From the human T2T-CHM13v2.0 reference genome, Homo sapiens: a stretch of DNA of 64,000 nt. The stretch lies in assembly GCF_009914755.1 (NCBI RefSeq), contig NC_060948.1; one strand, written 5' to 3'. Within the stretch, counting starts at the first letter, position 1. The number at the start of each line of letters is the position of its first letter. This document shows, piece after piece, positions 1 to 23,112 of this stretch. A program made the position numbers and the translations under genes. The notes under the pieces are model-generated. The model was not told the origin of the DNA and did no database searches. It was given only the letters and a program-made list of their open reading frames with translations.

Positions 1-1391
<1,391 letters not shown>

Positions 1392-1968
1392 AGATCCATA
1401 TTTTTTAAATGAAAAAAAATTTCAAAGGTACTCTGCTTGGTACAATAATCAAATGTATAAACTGAGGAATAAAACATAACCATGAAACCTACTTATAACT
1501 GCATATGGAAAATACAGAGGATAATTTTTTAAATAACATATTTTGAAAGCCTTAACTAGTAATTTGAAGAGTTGGCATTTGAAAGGCCAGTATGAATATA
1601 CCTTCAAAGCAGCAACACAGGTTCCCCATGAGAAAAAGCAAACACAGGGAAAATAAAAACACAAAGGTTCAATCTCTTCTGACCTTTGAAAGACACAGCA
1701 CAGACAGTGGTCCTTAGGACGAAGAGCAGGAGACCCCTAATTCCGTCACCATGGCGATAGGGCATAAATATTGCTGGGTGAGGGCACAATCCACATTGTG
1801 AGGTCCAACTGCTGCCAGGAAGACAGGAGTGCTTTTACATAGACCGAAAGGTCATTGAAGGCTCAGAGTTTTGTTTCAAGAACTGAATCCCAAGCCCACA
1901 CGTTATTAGGCTGCGCTTCTTAAAACAAGTTATGAGATGGGAAAAAGGGCACCCACACACATACGTAT
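1392..1968. repeat. HSATI-like moderate-GC segment of the DYZ2 unit (representative; recurs directly after every Alu)
   Basis: ~575 bp of non-simple sequence between the Alu and the AT-rich tract, nearly identical in all 26 complete copies. The name comes from the known DYZ2 composition, and the right boundary is approximate. Confidence 0.8.
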
Positions 1969-3808
<1,840 letters not shown>

Positions 3809-5935
3809 AGATCCATATTTTTTAAATGAAAAAAAATTTCAAAGGTACTCTGCTTGGTACAATAATCAAATGTATAAACTGAGGAATAAAACATAACCAT
3901 GAAACCTACTTATAACTGCATATGGAAAATACAGAGGATAATTTTTTAAATAACATATTTTGAAAGCCTTAACTAGTAATTTGAAGAGTTGGCATTTGAA
4001 AGGCCAGTATGAATATACCTTCAAAGCAGCAACACAGGTTCCCCATGAGAAAAAGCAAACACAGGGAAAATAAAAACACAAAGGTTCAATCTCTTCTGAC
4101 CTTTGAAAGACACAGCACAGACAGTGGTCCTTAGGACGAAGAGCAGGAGACCCCTAATTCCGTCACCATGGCGATAGGGCATAAACATTGCTGGGTGAGG
4201 GCACAATCCACATTGTGAGGTCCAACTGCTGCCAGGAAGACAGGAGTGCTTTTACATAGACCGAAAGGTCATTGAAGGCTCAGAGTTTTGTTTCAAGAAC
4301 TGAATCCCAAGCCCACACGTTATTAGGCTGCGCTTCTTAAAACAAGTTATGAGATGGGAAAAAGGGCACCCACAAACATACGTATACATTATGTATATAA
4401 TAATATAGAGTGTCATATATATAATATATATAACCTATGTATAATATTGTTTTACATCCTGCATCTTATGTTATATATATTGTATAAAATATAATAATTG
4501 ATAATATATAACTTTTATAATTATACAATATGACATATAGTATATATTATAATTTATGACATATATAATATATGTTATATATCATATACAGAATATATTA
4601 TACGGTTAATATACGTATTAAATATAAATTATACATTATATATATTATATAAAATATATCTGTTATATATAATACCCGTTATGCATAATATATATATTAT
4701 GTCTATGTTATATATAGTATAAAACAACATATAATAATATATAATTGTATATATAAATGCGACATATAATATATATTATATTTTATGACATATGTAATAT
4801 ATATTATATATTATATATAATACGTTGTATGTATAATACCTATATTAAATATATATTATATGACTATGTTATTAATTACATGTCACATGTGTTATATATT
4901 ATATATTTTACATAGAATATACCGGTTACATACAATATATACCATGTTACCCATAATGTATAATTTATTACATGTAAAATAAAGAATGCAATATATTATG
5001 TATAATTTATAATATACAATATGTGGAATGTGATATATATAACATATAATATATGATATATGATATACAGTATATGATATATAACATACAATATATGATT
5101 CCCAATATATATGGTATACAATATATATTTTATGATATGTATTCTATATGTTTTATATTCTGTTATATATAACTATTTGAAATTATATATAACTGTATAA
5201 TATTTTATGTAAATATGTAATATAATATATATAACTATATAAAATATTATATATAACTATATATTATGTTATATATACTTTTATAACATAATTTACATAA
5301 AATATCATAATATAATATATATTATATTATTTCATATTACATAATATATATTACATATCACCCAATATAACTAACATACATAATATTATAATATAGATTA
5401 TATTATGTTATATTAAATATCATATATATCATGTATCATATATTCTATAATATATATTACACATTATATAATATGTATGTTGTCTATTATGTGATATATA
5501 TAACTATATATATAATTATATTTTTATACATATAACTAGATAAACATGTAATTCTACATATTTTCATTTATAATATGTAGAAGTATATAATCATATATAA
5601 TTATTTATATTCTATAAAAAATTTTATCATTATATAAATTATAATATATAAAAATTATAATATGTACTACAAATATATATATTATATATCATATATGATA
5701 TAGTACCTTTGTTATATATCATAATACATATAAATGTGTATTATGTTATCTATAATTATATAATTTCATATATAAGATGTATAATATGTATCATATATTA
5801 TATAAGTTATGTAATATATACAGTATATATAAGATGACACAGGATAAATATTATATACTATGACATATAAAATATATCAGGTTATATGTTACATATAAGG
5901 CATAGCACATAACATGTAATATATATCATATATAA

Positions 5936-6226
5936 TTTTTTTTAGACAGAATCTTGTCCTGTTGCACAGGTTGGGGTACAATGGCGCCATCTTTGCTCAC
6001 TGCAACTTCTGCCTCAAGGGTCCAAGCGATTGTCCTCCCTCAGCCTCCCAGGTAGCTGGGACTACACCACACTGGGACTACACCAGCTGCCACCATGCCT
6101 AGCTAATTTTTTGGATTTTTAGTAGTGACAGCGTTTCACTGTATTGGCCAGGATGGTCTTGATCTCTTCACCTTGTGATCCCCTTGCCTTGGCCTCCAAA
6201 TTTGCTGGGATTACAGGCCTGAGCCA
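5936..6226 (-). mobile_element. Alu fragment U3
   Basis: Same sequence as the U1 Alu; T8 tail. Confidence 0.93.
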
Positions 6227-8323
6227 AGATCCATATTTTTTAAATGAAAAAAAATTTCAAAGTACTCTGCTTGGTACAATAATCAAATGTATAAACTGAG
6301 GAATAAAACATAACCATGAAACCTACTTATAACTGCATATGGAAAATACAGAGGATAATTTTTTAAATAACATAGTTTGAAAGCCTTAACTAGTAATTTG
6401 AAGAGTTGGCATTTGAAAGGCCAGTATGAATATACCTTCAAAGCAGCAACACAGGTTCCCCATGAGAAAAAGCAAACACAGGGAAAATAAAAACACAAAG
6501 GTTCAATCTCTTCTGACCTTTGAAAGACACAGCACAGACAGTGGTCCTTAGGACGAAGAGCAGGAGACCCCTAATTCCGTCACCATGGCGATAGGGCATA
6601 AACATTGCTGGGTGAGGGCACAATCCACATTGTGAGGTCCAACTGCTGCCAGGAAGACAGGAGTGCTTTTACATAGACCGAAAGGTCATTGAAGGCTCAG
6701 AGTTTTGTTTCAAGAACTGAATCCCAAGCCCACACGTTATTAGGCTGCGCTTCTTAAAACAAGTTATGAGATGGGAAAAAGGGCACCCACAAACATACGT
6801 ATACATAATGTATATAATAATATAGAGTGTCATATATATAATATATATAACCTATGTATAATATTGTTTTACATCCTGCATCTTATGTTATATATATTGT
6901 ATAAAATATAATAATTGATAATATATAACTTTTATAATTATACAATATGACATATAGTATATATTATAATTTATGACATATATAATATAGGTTATATATC
7001 ATATACAGAATATATTATACGGTTAATATACGTATTAAATATAAATTATACATTATATATATTATATATAATATATCTGTTATATATAATACCCATTATG
7101 CATAATATATATATTATGTCTATGTTATATATAGTATAAAACAACATATAATAATATATAATTGTATATATAAAATGCGACATATAATATATATTATATT
7201 TTATAACATATGTAATATATATTATATATAATACGTTGTATGTATAATACCTATATTAAATATATATTATATGACTATGTTATTAATTACATGTCACATG
7301 TGTTATATATTATATATTTTACATAGAATATACCGGTTACATACAATATATACTATGTTGCCAATAATGTATAATTTATTACATGTAAAATAAAGAATGC
7401 AATATATTATGTATAATTTATAATATACCATATGTGGAATGTGATATATATAACATATAATATATGATATATGATATACAGTATATGATATATAACATAC
7501 AATATATGATTCCTAATATATATGGTATACAATATATATTTTATGATATGTATTCTATATGTTTTATATTCTGTTATATATAACTATTTGAAATTATATA
7601 TAACTGTATAATATTTTATGTAAATATGTAATATAATATATATAACTATATAATATATTATATATAACTATATATTATGTTATATATACTTTTATAACAT
7701 AATTTACATAAAATATCATAATATAATATATATTATATTATTTCATATTACATAATATATATTACATATCACCCAATATAACTAACATACATAATATTAT
7801 AATATAGATTATATTGTGTTATATTAAATATCATATATATCATGTATCATATATTCTATAATATATATTACACATTATATAATATGTATGTTGTCTATTA
7901 TGTGATATATATAACTATATATATAATTATGTTTTTATACATATAACTAGATAAACATGTAATTCTACATATTTTCATTTATAATATGTAGAATTATATA
8001 ATCATATATAATTATTTATATTCTATAAAAAATTTTATCATTATATAAATTATAATATATAAAAATTATAATATGTACTACAAATATATATATTATATAT
8101 CATATATGATATAGTACCTTTGTTATATATCATAATACATATAAATGTGTATTATGTTATCTATAATTATATAATTTCATATATAAGATGTATAATATGT
8201 ATCATATATTATATATGTTATGTAATATATATAGTATATATAAGATGACACAGGATAAATATTATATACTATGACATATAAAATATATGAGGTTATATGT
8301 TACATATAAGGCATAGCACATAA

Positions 8324-8638
<315 letters not shown>

Positions 8639-10736
8639 AGATCCATATTTTTTAAATGAAAAAAAATTTCAAAGGTACTCTGCTTGGTACAATAATCAAA
8701 TGTATAAACTGAGGAATAAAACATAACCATGAAACCTACTTATAACTGCATATGGAAAATACAGAGGATAATTTTTTAAATAACATATTTTGAAAGCCTT
8801 AACTAGTAATTTGAAGAGTTGGCATTTGAAAGGCCAGTATGAATATACCTTCAAAGCAGCAACACAGGTTCCCCATGAGAAAAAGCAAACACAGGGAAAA
8901 TAAAACCACAAAGGTTCAATCTCTGCTGACCTTTGAAAGACACAGCACAGACAGTGGTCCTTAGGACGAAGAGCAGGAGACCCCTAATTCCGTCACCATG
9001 GCGATAGGGCATAAACATTGCTGGGTGAGGGCACAATCCAAATTGTGAGGTCCAACTGCTGCCAGGAAGACAGGAGTGCTTTTACATAGACCGAAAGGTC
9101 ATTGAAGGCTCAGAGTTTTGTTTCAAGAACTGAATCCCAAGCCCACACGTTATTAGGCTGCGCTTCTTAAAACAAGTTATGAGATGGGAAAAAGGGCACC
9201 CAGAAACATACGTATACATTATGTATATAATAATATACAGTGTCATATATATAATATATATAACCTATGTATAATATTGTTTTACATCCTGCATCTTATG
9301 TTATATATATTGTATAAAATATAATAATTGATAATATATAAGTTTTATAATTATACAATATGACATACAGTATATATTATAATTTATGACATATATAATA
9401 TATGTTATATATCATATATAGAATATATTATACGGTTAATGTACGTATTAAATATAAATTATACATTATATATATTATATATAATATATCTGTTATATAT
9501 AATACTCATTATGCATAATATATATATTATGTCTATGTTATATATAGTATAAAACAACATATAATAATATATAATTGTATATATAAAATGCGACATATAA
9601 TATATATTATATTTTATAACATATGTAATATATATTATATATAATACGTTGTATGTATAATACCTATATTAAATATATATTATATGACTATGTTATTAAT
9701 TACATGTCACATGTGTTATATATTATATATTTTACATAGAATATACCGGTTACATACAATATATACTATGTTACCTATAATGTATAATTTATTACATGTA
9801 AAATAAAGAATGCAATATATTATGTAAAATTTATGATATACAATATGTGGAATGTGATATATATAACATATAATATATGATATATGATATACAGTATATG
9901 ATATATAACATACAATATATGATTCCTAATATATATGGTATACAATATATATTTTATGATATGTATACTATATGTTTTATATTCTGTTATATATAACTAT
10001 TTGAAATTATATATAACTGTATAATATTTTATGTAAATATGTAATATAATATATATAACAATATAATATATTATATATAACTATATATTATGTTATATAT
10101 ACTTTTATAACATAATTTACATAAAATATCATAATATAATATATATTATATTATTTCATATTACATAATATATATTACATATCACCCAATATAACTAACA
10201 TACATAATATTATAATATAGATTATATTATGTTATATTAAATATCATATATATCATGTATCATATATTCTATAATATATATTACACATTATATAATATGT
10301 ATGATGTCTATTATGTGATATATATAACTATATATATAATTATATTTTTATACATATAACTAGATAAACATGTAATTCTACATATTTTCATTTATAATAT
10401 GTAGAATTATATAATCATATATAATTATTTATATTCTATAAAAAATTTTATCATTATATAAATTATAATATATAAAAATTATAATATATACTACAAATAT
10501 ATATATTATATATCATATATGATATAGTACCTTTGTTATATATCATAATACATATAAATGTGTATTATGTTATCTATAATTATATAATTTCATATATAAG
10601 ATGTATAATATGTATCATATATTATATATGTTATGTAATATATATAGTATATATATGATGACACAGGATAAATATTATATACTATGACATATAAAATATA
10701 TGAGGTTATATGTTACATATAAGGCATAGCACATAA

Positions 10737-11051
<315 letters not shown>

Positions 11052-13149
11052 AGATCCATATTTTTTAAATGAAAAAAAATTTCAAAGGTACTCTGCTTGG
11101 TACAATAATCAAATGTATAAACTGAGGAATAAAACATAACCATGAAACCTACTTATAACTGCATATGGAAAATACAGAGGATAATTTCTTAAATAACATA
11201 TTTTGAAAGCCTTAACTAGTAATTTGAAGAGTTGGCATTTGAAAGGCCAGTATGAATATACCTTCAAAGCAGCAACACAGGTTCCCCATGAGAAAAAGCA
11301 AACACAGGGAAAATAAAACCACAAAGGTTCAATCTCTTCTGACCTTTGAAAGACACAGCACAGACAGTGGTCCTTAGGACGAAGAGCAGGAGACCCCTAA
11401 TTCCGTCACCATGGCGATAGGGCATAAACATTGCCGGGTGAGGGCACAATCCACATTGTGAGGTCCAACTGCTGCCAGGAAGACAGGAGTGCTTTTACAT
11501 AGACCGAAAGGTCATTGAAGGCTCAGAGTTTTGTTTCAAGAACTGAATCCCAAGCCCACACGTTATTAGGCTGCGCTTCTTAAAACAAGTTATGAGATGG
11601 GAAAAAGGGTACCCAGAAACATACGTATACATTATGTATATAATAATATACAGTGTCATATATATAATATATATAACCTATGTATAATATTGTTTTACAT
11701 CCTGCATCTTATGTTATATATATTGTATAAAATATAATAATTGATAATATATAAGTTTTATAATTATACAATATGACATACAGTATATATTATAATTTAT
11801 GACATATATAATATATGTTATATATCATATATAGAATATATTATACGGTTAATATACGTATTAAATATAAATTATACATTATATATATTATATAGAATAT
11901 ATCTGTTATATATAATACTCATTATGCATAATATATATATTATGTCTATGTTATATATAGTATAAAACAACATATAATAATATATAATTGTATATATAAA
12001 ATGCGACATATAACATATATTATATTTTATAACATATGTAATATATATTATATATACTACGTTGTATGTATAATACCTATATTAAATATATATTATATGA
12101 CTATGTTATTAATTACATGTCACATGTGTTATATATTATATATTTTACATAGAATATACCGGTTACATACAATATATACTATGTTACCTATAATGTATAA
12201 TTTATTACATGTAAAATAAAGAATGCAATATATTATGTAAAATTTATAATATACAATATGTGGAATGTGATATATATAACATATAATATATGATATATGA
12301 TATACAGTATATGATATATAACATACAATATATGATTCCTAATATATATGGTATACAATATATATTTTATGATATGTATACTATATGTTTTATATTCTGT
12401 TATATATAACTATTTGAAATTATATATAACTGTATAATATTTTATGTAAATATGTAATATAATATAAATAACAATATAATATATTATATATAACTATATA
12501 TTATGTTATATATACTTTTATAACATAATTTACATAAAATATCATAATATAATATATATTATATTATTTCATATTACATAATATATATTACATATCACCC
12601 AATATAACTAACATACATAATATTATAATATAGATTATATTATGTTATATTAAATATCATATATATCATGTATCATATATTCTATAATATATATTACACA
12701 TTATATAATATGTATGATGTCTATTATGTGATATATATAACTATATATATAATTATATTTTTATACATATAACTAGATAAACATGTAATTCTACATATTT
12801 TCATTTATAATATGTAGAATTATATAATCATATATAATTATTTATATTCTATAAAAAATTTTATCATTATATAAATTATAATATATAAAAATTATAATAT
12901 ATACTACAAATATATATATTATATATCATATATGATATAGTACCTTTGTTATATATCATAATACATATAAATGTGTATTATGTTATCTATAATTATATAA
13001 TTTCATATATAAGATGTATAATATGTATCATATATTATATATGTTATGTAATATATATAGTATATATAAGATGACACAGGATAAATATTATATACTATGA
13101 CATATAAAATATATGAGGTTATATGTTACATATAAGGCATAGCACATAA

Positions 13150-13464
<315 letters not shown>

Positions 13465-15562
13465 AGATCCATATTTTTTAAATGAAAAAAAATTTCAAAG
13501 GTACTCTGCTTGGTACAATAATCAAATGTATAAACTGAGGAATAAAACATAACCATGAAACCTACTTATAACTGCATATGGAAAATACAGAGGATAATTT
13601 TTTAAATAACATATTTTGAAAGCCTTAACTAGTAATTTGAAGAGTTGGCATTTGAAAGGCCAGTATGAATATACCTTCAAAGCAGCAACACAGGTTCCCC
13701 ATGAGAAAAAGCAAACACAGGGAAAATAAAACCACAAAGGTTCAATCTCTTCTGACCTTTGAAAGACACAGCACAGACAGTGGTCCTTAGGACGAAGAGC
13801 AGGAGACCCCTAATTCCGTCACCATGGCGATAGGGCATAAACATTGCTGGGTGAGGGCACAATCCACATTGTGAGGTCCAACTGCTGCCAGGAAGACAGG
13901 AGTGCTTTTACATAGACCGAAAGGTCATTGAAGGCTCAGAGTTTTGTTTCAAGAACTGAATCCCAAGCCCACACGTTATTAGGCTGCGCTTCTTAAAACA
14001 AGTTATGAGATGGGAAAAAGGGCACCCAGAAACATACGTATACATTATGTATATAATAATATACAGTGTCATATATATAATATATATAACCTATGTATAA
14101 TATTGTTTTACATCCTGCATCTTATGTTATATATATTGTATAAAATATAATAATTGATAATATATAAGTTTTATAATTATACAATATGACATACAGTATA
14201 TATTATAATTTATGACATATATAATATATGTTATATATCATATATAGAATATATTATACGGTTAATATACGTATTAAATATAAATTATACATTATATATA
14301 TTATATATAATATATCTGTTATATATAATACTCATTATGCATAATATATATATTATGTCTATGTTATATATAGTATAAAACAACATATAATAATATATAA
14401 TTGTATATATAAAATGCGACATATAATATATATTATATTTTATAACATATGTAATATATATTATATATAATACGTTGTATGTATAATACCTATATTAAAT
14501 ATATATTATATGACTATGTTATTAATTACATGTCACATGTGTTATATATTATATATTTTACATAGAATATACCGGTTACATACAATATATACTATGTTAC
14601 CTATAATGTATAATTTATTACATGTAAAATAAAGAATGCAATATATTATGTAAAATTTATAATATACAATATGTGGAATGTGATATATATAACATATAAT
14701 ATATGATATATGATATACAGTATATGATATATAACATACAATATATGATTCCTAATATATATGGTATACAATATATATTTTATGATATGTATACTATATG
14801 TTTTATATTCTGTTATATATAACTATTTGAAATTATATATAACTGTATAATATTTTATGTAAATATGTATTATAATATATATAACAATATAATATATTAT
14901 ATATAACTATATATTATGTTATATATACTTTTATAACATAATTTACATAAAATATCATAATATAATATATATTATATTATTTCATATTACATAATATATA
15001 TTACATATCACCCAATATAACTAACATACATAATATTATAATATAGATTATATTATGTTATATTAAATATCATATATATCATGTATCATATATTCTATAA
15101 TATATACTACACATTATATAATATGTATGATGTCTATTATGTGATATATATAACTATATATATAATTATATTTTTATACATATAACTAGATAAACATGTA
15201 ATTCTACATATTTTCATTTATAATATGTAGAATTATATAATCATATATAATTATTTATATTCTATAAAAAATTTTATCATTATATAAATTATAATATATA
15301 AAAATTATAATATATACTACAAATATATATATTATATATCATATATGATATAGTACCTTTGTTATATATCATAATACATATAAATGTGTATTATGTTATC
15401 TATAATTATATAATTTCATATATAAGATGTATAATATGTATCATATATTATATATGTTATGTAATATATATAGTATATATATGATGACACAGGATAAATA
15501 TTATATACTATGACATATAAAATATATGAGGTTATATGTTACATATAAGGCATAGCACATAA

Positions 15563-15877
<315 letters not shown>

Positions 15878-17975
15878 AGATCCATATTTTTTAAATGAAA
15901 AAAAATTTCAAAGGTACTCTGCTTGGTACAATAATCAAATGTATAAACTGAGGAATAAAACATAACCATGAAACCTACTTATAACTGCATATGGAAAATA
16001 CAGAGGATAATTTTTTAAATAACATATTTTGAAAGCCTTAACTAGTAATTTGAAGAGTTGGCATTTGAAAGGCCAGTATGAATATACCTTCAAAGCAGCA
16101 ACACAGGTTCCCCATGAGAAAAAGCAAACACAGGGAAAATAAAACCACAAAGGTTCAATCTCTTCTGACCTTTGAAAGACACAGCACAGACAGTGGTCCT
16201 TAGGACGAAGAGCAGGAGACCCCTAATTCCGTCACCATGGCGATAGGGCATAAACATTGCTGGGTGAGGGCACAATCCACATTGTGAGGTCCAACTACTG
16301 CCAGGAAGACAGGAGTGCTTTTACATAGACCGAAAGGTCATTGAAGGCTCAGAGTTTTGTTTCAAGAACTGAATCCCAAGCCCACACGTTATTAGGCTGC
16401 GCTTCTTAAAACAAGTTATGAGATGGGAAAAAGGGCACCCACAAACATACGTATACATTATGTATATAATAATATACAGTGTCATATATATAATATATAT
16501 AACCTATGTATAATATTGTTTTACATCCTGCATCTTATGTTATATATATTGTATAAAATATAATAATTGATAATATATAAGTTTTATAATTATACAATAT
16601 GACATACAGTATATATTATAATTTATGACATATATAATATATGTTATATATCATATATAGAATATATTATACGGTTAATATACGTATTAAATATAAATTA
16701 TACATTATATATATTATATATAATATATCTGTTATATATAATACTCATTATGCATAATATATATATTATGTCTATGTTATATATAGTATAAAACAACATA
16801 TAATAATATATAATTGTATATATAAAATGCGACATATAATATATATTATATTTTATAACATATGTAATATATATTATATATAATACGTTGTATGTATAAT
16901 ACCTATATTAAATATATATTATATGACTATGTTATTAATTACATGTCACATGTGTTATATATTATATATTTTACATAGAATATACCGGTTACATACAATA
17001 TATACTATGTTACCTATAATGTATAATTTATTACATGTAAAATAAAGAATGCAATATATTATGTAAAATTTATAATATACAATATGTGGAATGTGATATA
17101 TATAACATATAATATATGATATATGATATACAGTATATGATATATAACATACAATATATGATTCCTAATATATATGGTATACAATATATATTTTATGATA
17201 TGTATACTATATGTTTTATATTCTGTTATATATAACTATTTGAAATTATATATAACTGTATAATATTTTATGTAAATATGTAATATAATATATATAACTA
17301 TATAATATATTATATATAACTATATATTATGTTATATATACTTTTATAACATAATTTACATAAAATATCATAATATAATATATATTATATTATTTCATAT
17401 TACATAATATATATTACATATCACCCAATATAACTAACATACATAATATTATAATATAGATTATATTATGTTATATTAAATATCATATATATCATGTATC
17501 ATATATTCTATAATATATATTACACATTATATAATATGTATGATGTCTATTATGTGATATATATAACTATATATATAATTATATTTTTATACATATAACT
17601 AGATAAACATGTAATTCTACATATTTTCATTTATAATATGTAGAATTATATAATCATATATAATTATTTATATTCTATAAAAAATTTTATCATTATATAA
17701 ATTATAATATATAAAAATTATAATATATACTACAAATATATATATTATATATCATATATGATATAGTACCTTTGTTATATATCATAATACATATAAATGT
17801 GTATTATGTTATCTATAATTATATAATTTCATATATAAGATGTATAATATGTATCATATATTATATATGTTATGTAATATATATAGTATATATATGATGA
17901 CACAGGATAAATATTATATACTATGACATATAAAATATATGAGGTTATATGTTACATATAAGGCATAGCACATAA

Positions 17976-18290
<315 letters not shown>

Positions 18291-20388
18291 AGATCCATAT
18301 TTTTTAAATGAAAAAAAATTTCAAAGGTACTCTGCTTGGTACAATAATCAAATGTATAAACTGAGGAATAAAACATAACCATGAAACCTACTTATAACTG
18401 CATATGGAAAATACAGAGGATAATTTTTTAAATAACATATTTTGAAAGCCTTAACTAGTAATTTGAAGAGTTGGCATTTGAAAGGCCAGTATGAATATAC
18501 CTTCAAAGCAGCAACACAGGTTCCCCATGAGAAAAAGCAAACACAGGGAAAATAAAACCACAAAGGTTCAATCTCTTCTGACCTTTGAAAGACACAGCAC
18601 AGACAGTGGTCCTTAGGACGAAGAGCAGGAGACCCCTAATTCCGTCACCATGGCGATAGGGCATAAACATTGCTGGGTGAGGGCACAATCCACATTGTGA
18701 GGTCCAACTGCTGCCAGGAAGACAGGAGTGCTTTTACATAGACCGAAAGGTCATTGAAGGCTCAGAGTTTTGTTTCAAGAACTGAATCCCAAGCCCACAC
18801 GTTATTAGGCTGCGCTTCTTAAAACAAGTTATGAGATGGGAAAAAGGGCACCCACAAACATACGTATACATTATGTATATAATAATATACAGTGTCATAT
18901 ATATAATATATATAACCTATGTATAATATAGTTTTACATCCTGCATCTTATGTTATTTATATTGTATAAAATATAATAATTGATAATAGATAAGTTTTAT
19001 AATTATACAATATGACATACAGTATATATTATAATTTATGACATATATAATATATGTTATATATCATATATAGAATATATTATACGGTTAATATACGTAT
19101 TAAATATAAATTATACATTATATATATTATATATAATATATCTGTTATATATAATACCCATTATGCATAATATATATATTATGTCTATGTTATATATAGT
19201 ATAAAACAACATATAATAATATATAATTGTATATATAAAATGCGACATATAATATATATTATATTTTATAACATATGTAATATATATTATATATAATATG
19301 TTGTATGTATAATACCTATATTAAATATATATTATATGACTATGTTATTAATTACATGTCACATGTGTTATATATTATATATTTTACATAGAATATACCG
19401 GTTACATACAATATATACCATGTTACCTATAATGTATAATTTATTACATGTAAAATAAAGAATGCAATATATTATGTATAATTTATAATATACAATATGT
19501 GGAATGTGATATATATAACATATAATATATGATATATGATATACAGTATATGATATATAACATACAATATATGATTCCTAATATATATGGTATACAATAT
19601 ATATTTTATGATATGTGTTCTATATGTTTTATATTCTGTTATATATAACTATTTGAAATTATATATAACTGTATAATATTTTATGTAAATATGTAATATA
19701 ATATATATAACTATATAATATATTATATATAACTATATATTATGTTATATATACTTTTATAACATAATTTACATAAAATATCATAATATAATATATATTA
19801 TATTATTTCATATTAAATAATATATATTACATATCACCCAATATAACTAACATACATAATATTATAATATAGATTATATTGTGTTATATTAAATATCATA
19901 TATATCTTGTATCATATATTCTATAATATATATTACACATTATATAATATGTATGTTGTCTATTATGTGATATATATAACTATATATATAATTATATTTT
20001 TATACATATAACTAGATAAACATGTAATTCTACATATTTTCATTTATAATACGTAGAATTATATAATCATATATAATTATTTATATTCTATAAAAAATTT
20101 TATCATTATATAAATTATAATATATAAAAATTATAATATGTACTACAAATATATATATTATATATCATATATGATATAGTACCTTTGTTATATATCACAA
20201 TACATATAAATGTGTATTATGTTATCTATAATTATATAATTTCATATATAAGATGTATAATATGTATCTTATATTATATAAGTTATGTAATATATATAGT
20301 ATATATAAGATGACACAGGATAAATATTATATACTATGACATATAAAATATATGAGGTTATATGTTACATATAAGGCATAGCACATAA

Positions 20389-20703
<315 letters not shown>

Positions 20704-22797
20704 AGATCCATATTTTTTAAATGAAAAAAAATTTCAAAGGTACTCTGCTTGGTACAATAACCAAATGTATATACTGAGGAATAAAACATAACCATGAAAC
20801 CTACTTATAACTGCATATGGAAAATACAGAGGTTAATTTTTTAAATAACATATTTTGAAAGCCTTAACTAGTAATTTGAAGAGTTGGCATTTGAAAGGCC
20901 AGTATGAATATACCTTCAAAGCAGCAACACAGGTTCCCCATGAGAAAAAGCAAACTCAGGGAAAATAAAAACACAAAGGTTCAATCTCTTCTGACCTTTG
21001 AAAGACACAGCACAGACAGTGGTCCTTAGGACGAAGAGCAGGAGACCCCTAATTCCGTCACCATGGCGATAGGGCATAAACATTGCTGGGTGAGGGCACA
21101 ATCCACATTGTGAGGTCCAACTGCTGCCAGGAAGACAGGAGTGCTTTTACGTAGACCGAAAGGTCATTGAAGGCTCAGAGTTTTGTTTCAAGAACTGAAT
21201 CCCAAGCCCACACGTTATTAGGCTGCGCTTCTTAAAACAAGTTATGAGATGGGAAAAAGGGCACCCACAAACATACGTATACATTATGTATATAATAATA
21301 TACAGTGTCATATATATAATATATATAACCTATGTATAATATTGTTTTACATCCTGCATCTTGTTATGTATATTGTATAAAATATAATAATTGATAATAT
21401 ATAAGTTTTATAATTATACAATATGACATATAGTATATATAATAATTTATGACCTATATAATATATGTTATATATCATATATAGAATATATTATACGGTT
21501 AATATACGTATTAAATATAAATTATACATTATATATATTATATATAATATATCTGTTATATATAATACTCATTATGCATAATATATATATTATGTCTATG
21601 TTATATATAGTATAAAACAACATATAATAATATATAATTGTATATATAAAATGCGACATATAATATATATTATATTTTATAACATATGTAATATATATTA
21701 TATATAATACGTTGTATGTATAATACCTATATTAAATATATATTATATGACTATGTTATTAATTACATGTCACATGTGTTATATATTATATATTTTTCAT
21801 AGAATATACCGGTTACATACAATATATACTATGTTACCTATAATGTATAATTTATTACATGTAAAATAAAGAATGCAATATATTATGTAAAATTTATAAT
21901 ATACAATATGTGGAATGTGATATATATAACATATAATATATGATATATGATATACAGTATATGATATATAACATACAATATATGATTCCTAATATATATG
22001 GTATACAATATATATTTTATGATATGTATACTATATGTTTTATATTCTGTTATATATAACTATTTGAAATTATATATAACTGTATAATATTTTATGTAAA
22101 TATGTAATATAATATATAACAATATAATATATTATATATAACTATATATTATGTTATATATACTTTTATAACATAATTTACATAAAATATCATAATATAA
22201 TATATATTATATTATTTCATATTACATAATATATATTACATATCACCCAATATAACTAACATACATAATATTATAATATAGATTATATTATGTTATATTA
22301 AATATCATATATATCATGTATCATATATTCTATAATATATATTACACATTATATAATATGTATGATGTCTATTATGTGATATATATAACTATATATATAA
22401 TTATATTTTTATACATATAACTAGATAAACATGTAATTCTACATATTTTCATTTATAATATGTGGAATTATATAATCATATATAATTATTTATATTCTAT
22501 AAAAAATTTTATCATTATATAAATTATAATATATAAAAATTATAATATATACTACAAATATATATATTATATATCATATATGATATAGTACCTTTGTTAT
22601 ATATCATAATACATATAAATGTGTATTATGTTATCTATAATTATATAATTTCATATATAAGATGTATAATATGTATCATATATTATATATGTTATGTAAT
22701 ATATATAGTATATATATGATGACACAGGATAAATATTATATACTATGACATATAAAATATATGAGGTTATATGTTACATATAAGGCATAGCACATAA

Positions 22798-23112
<315 letters not shown>

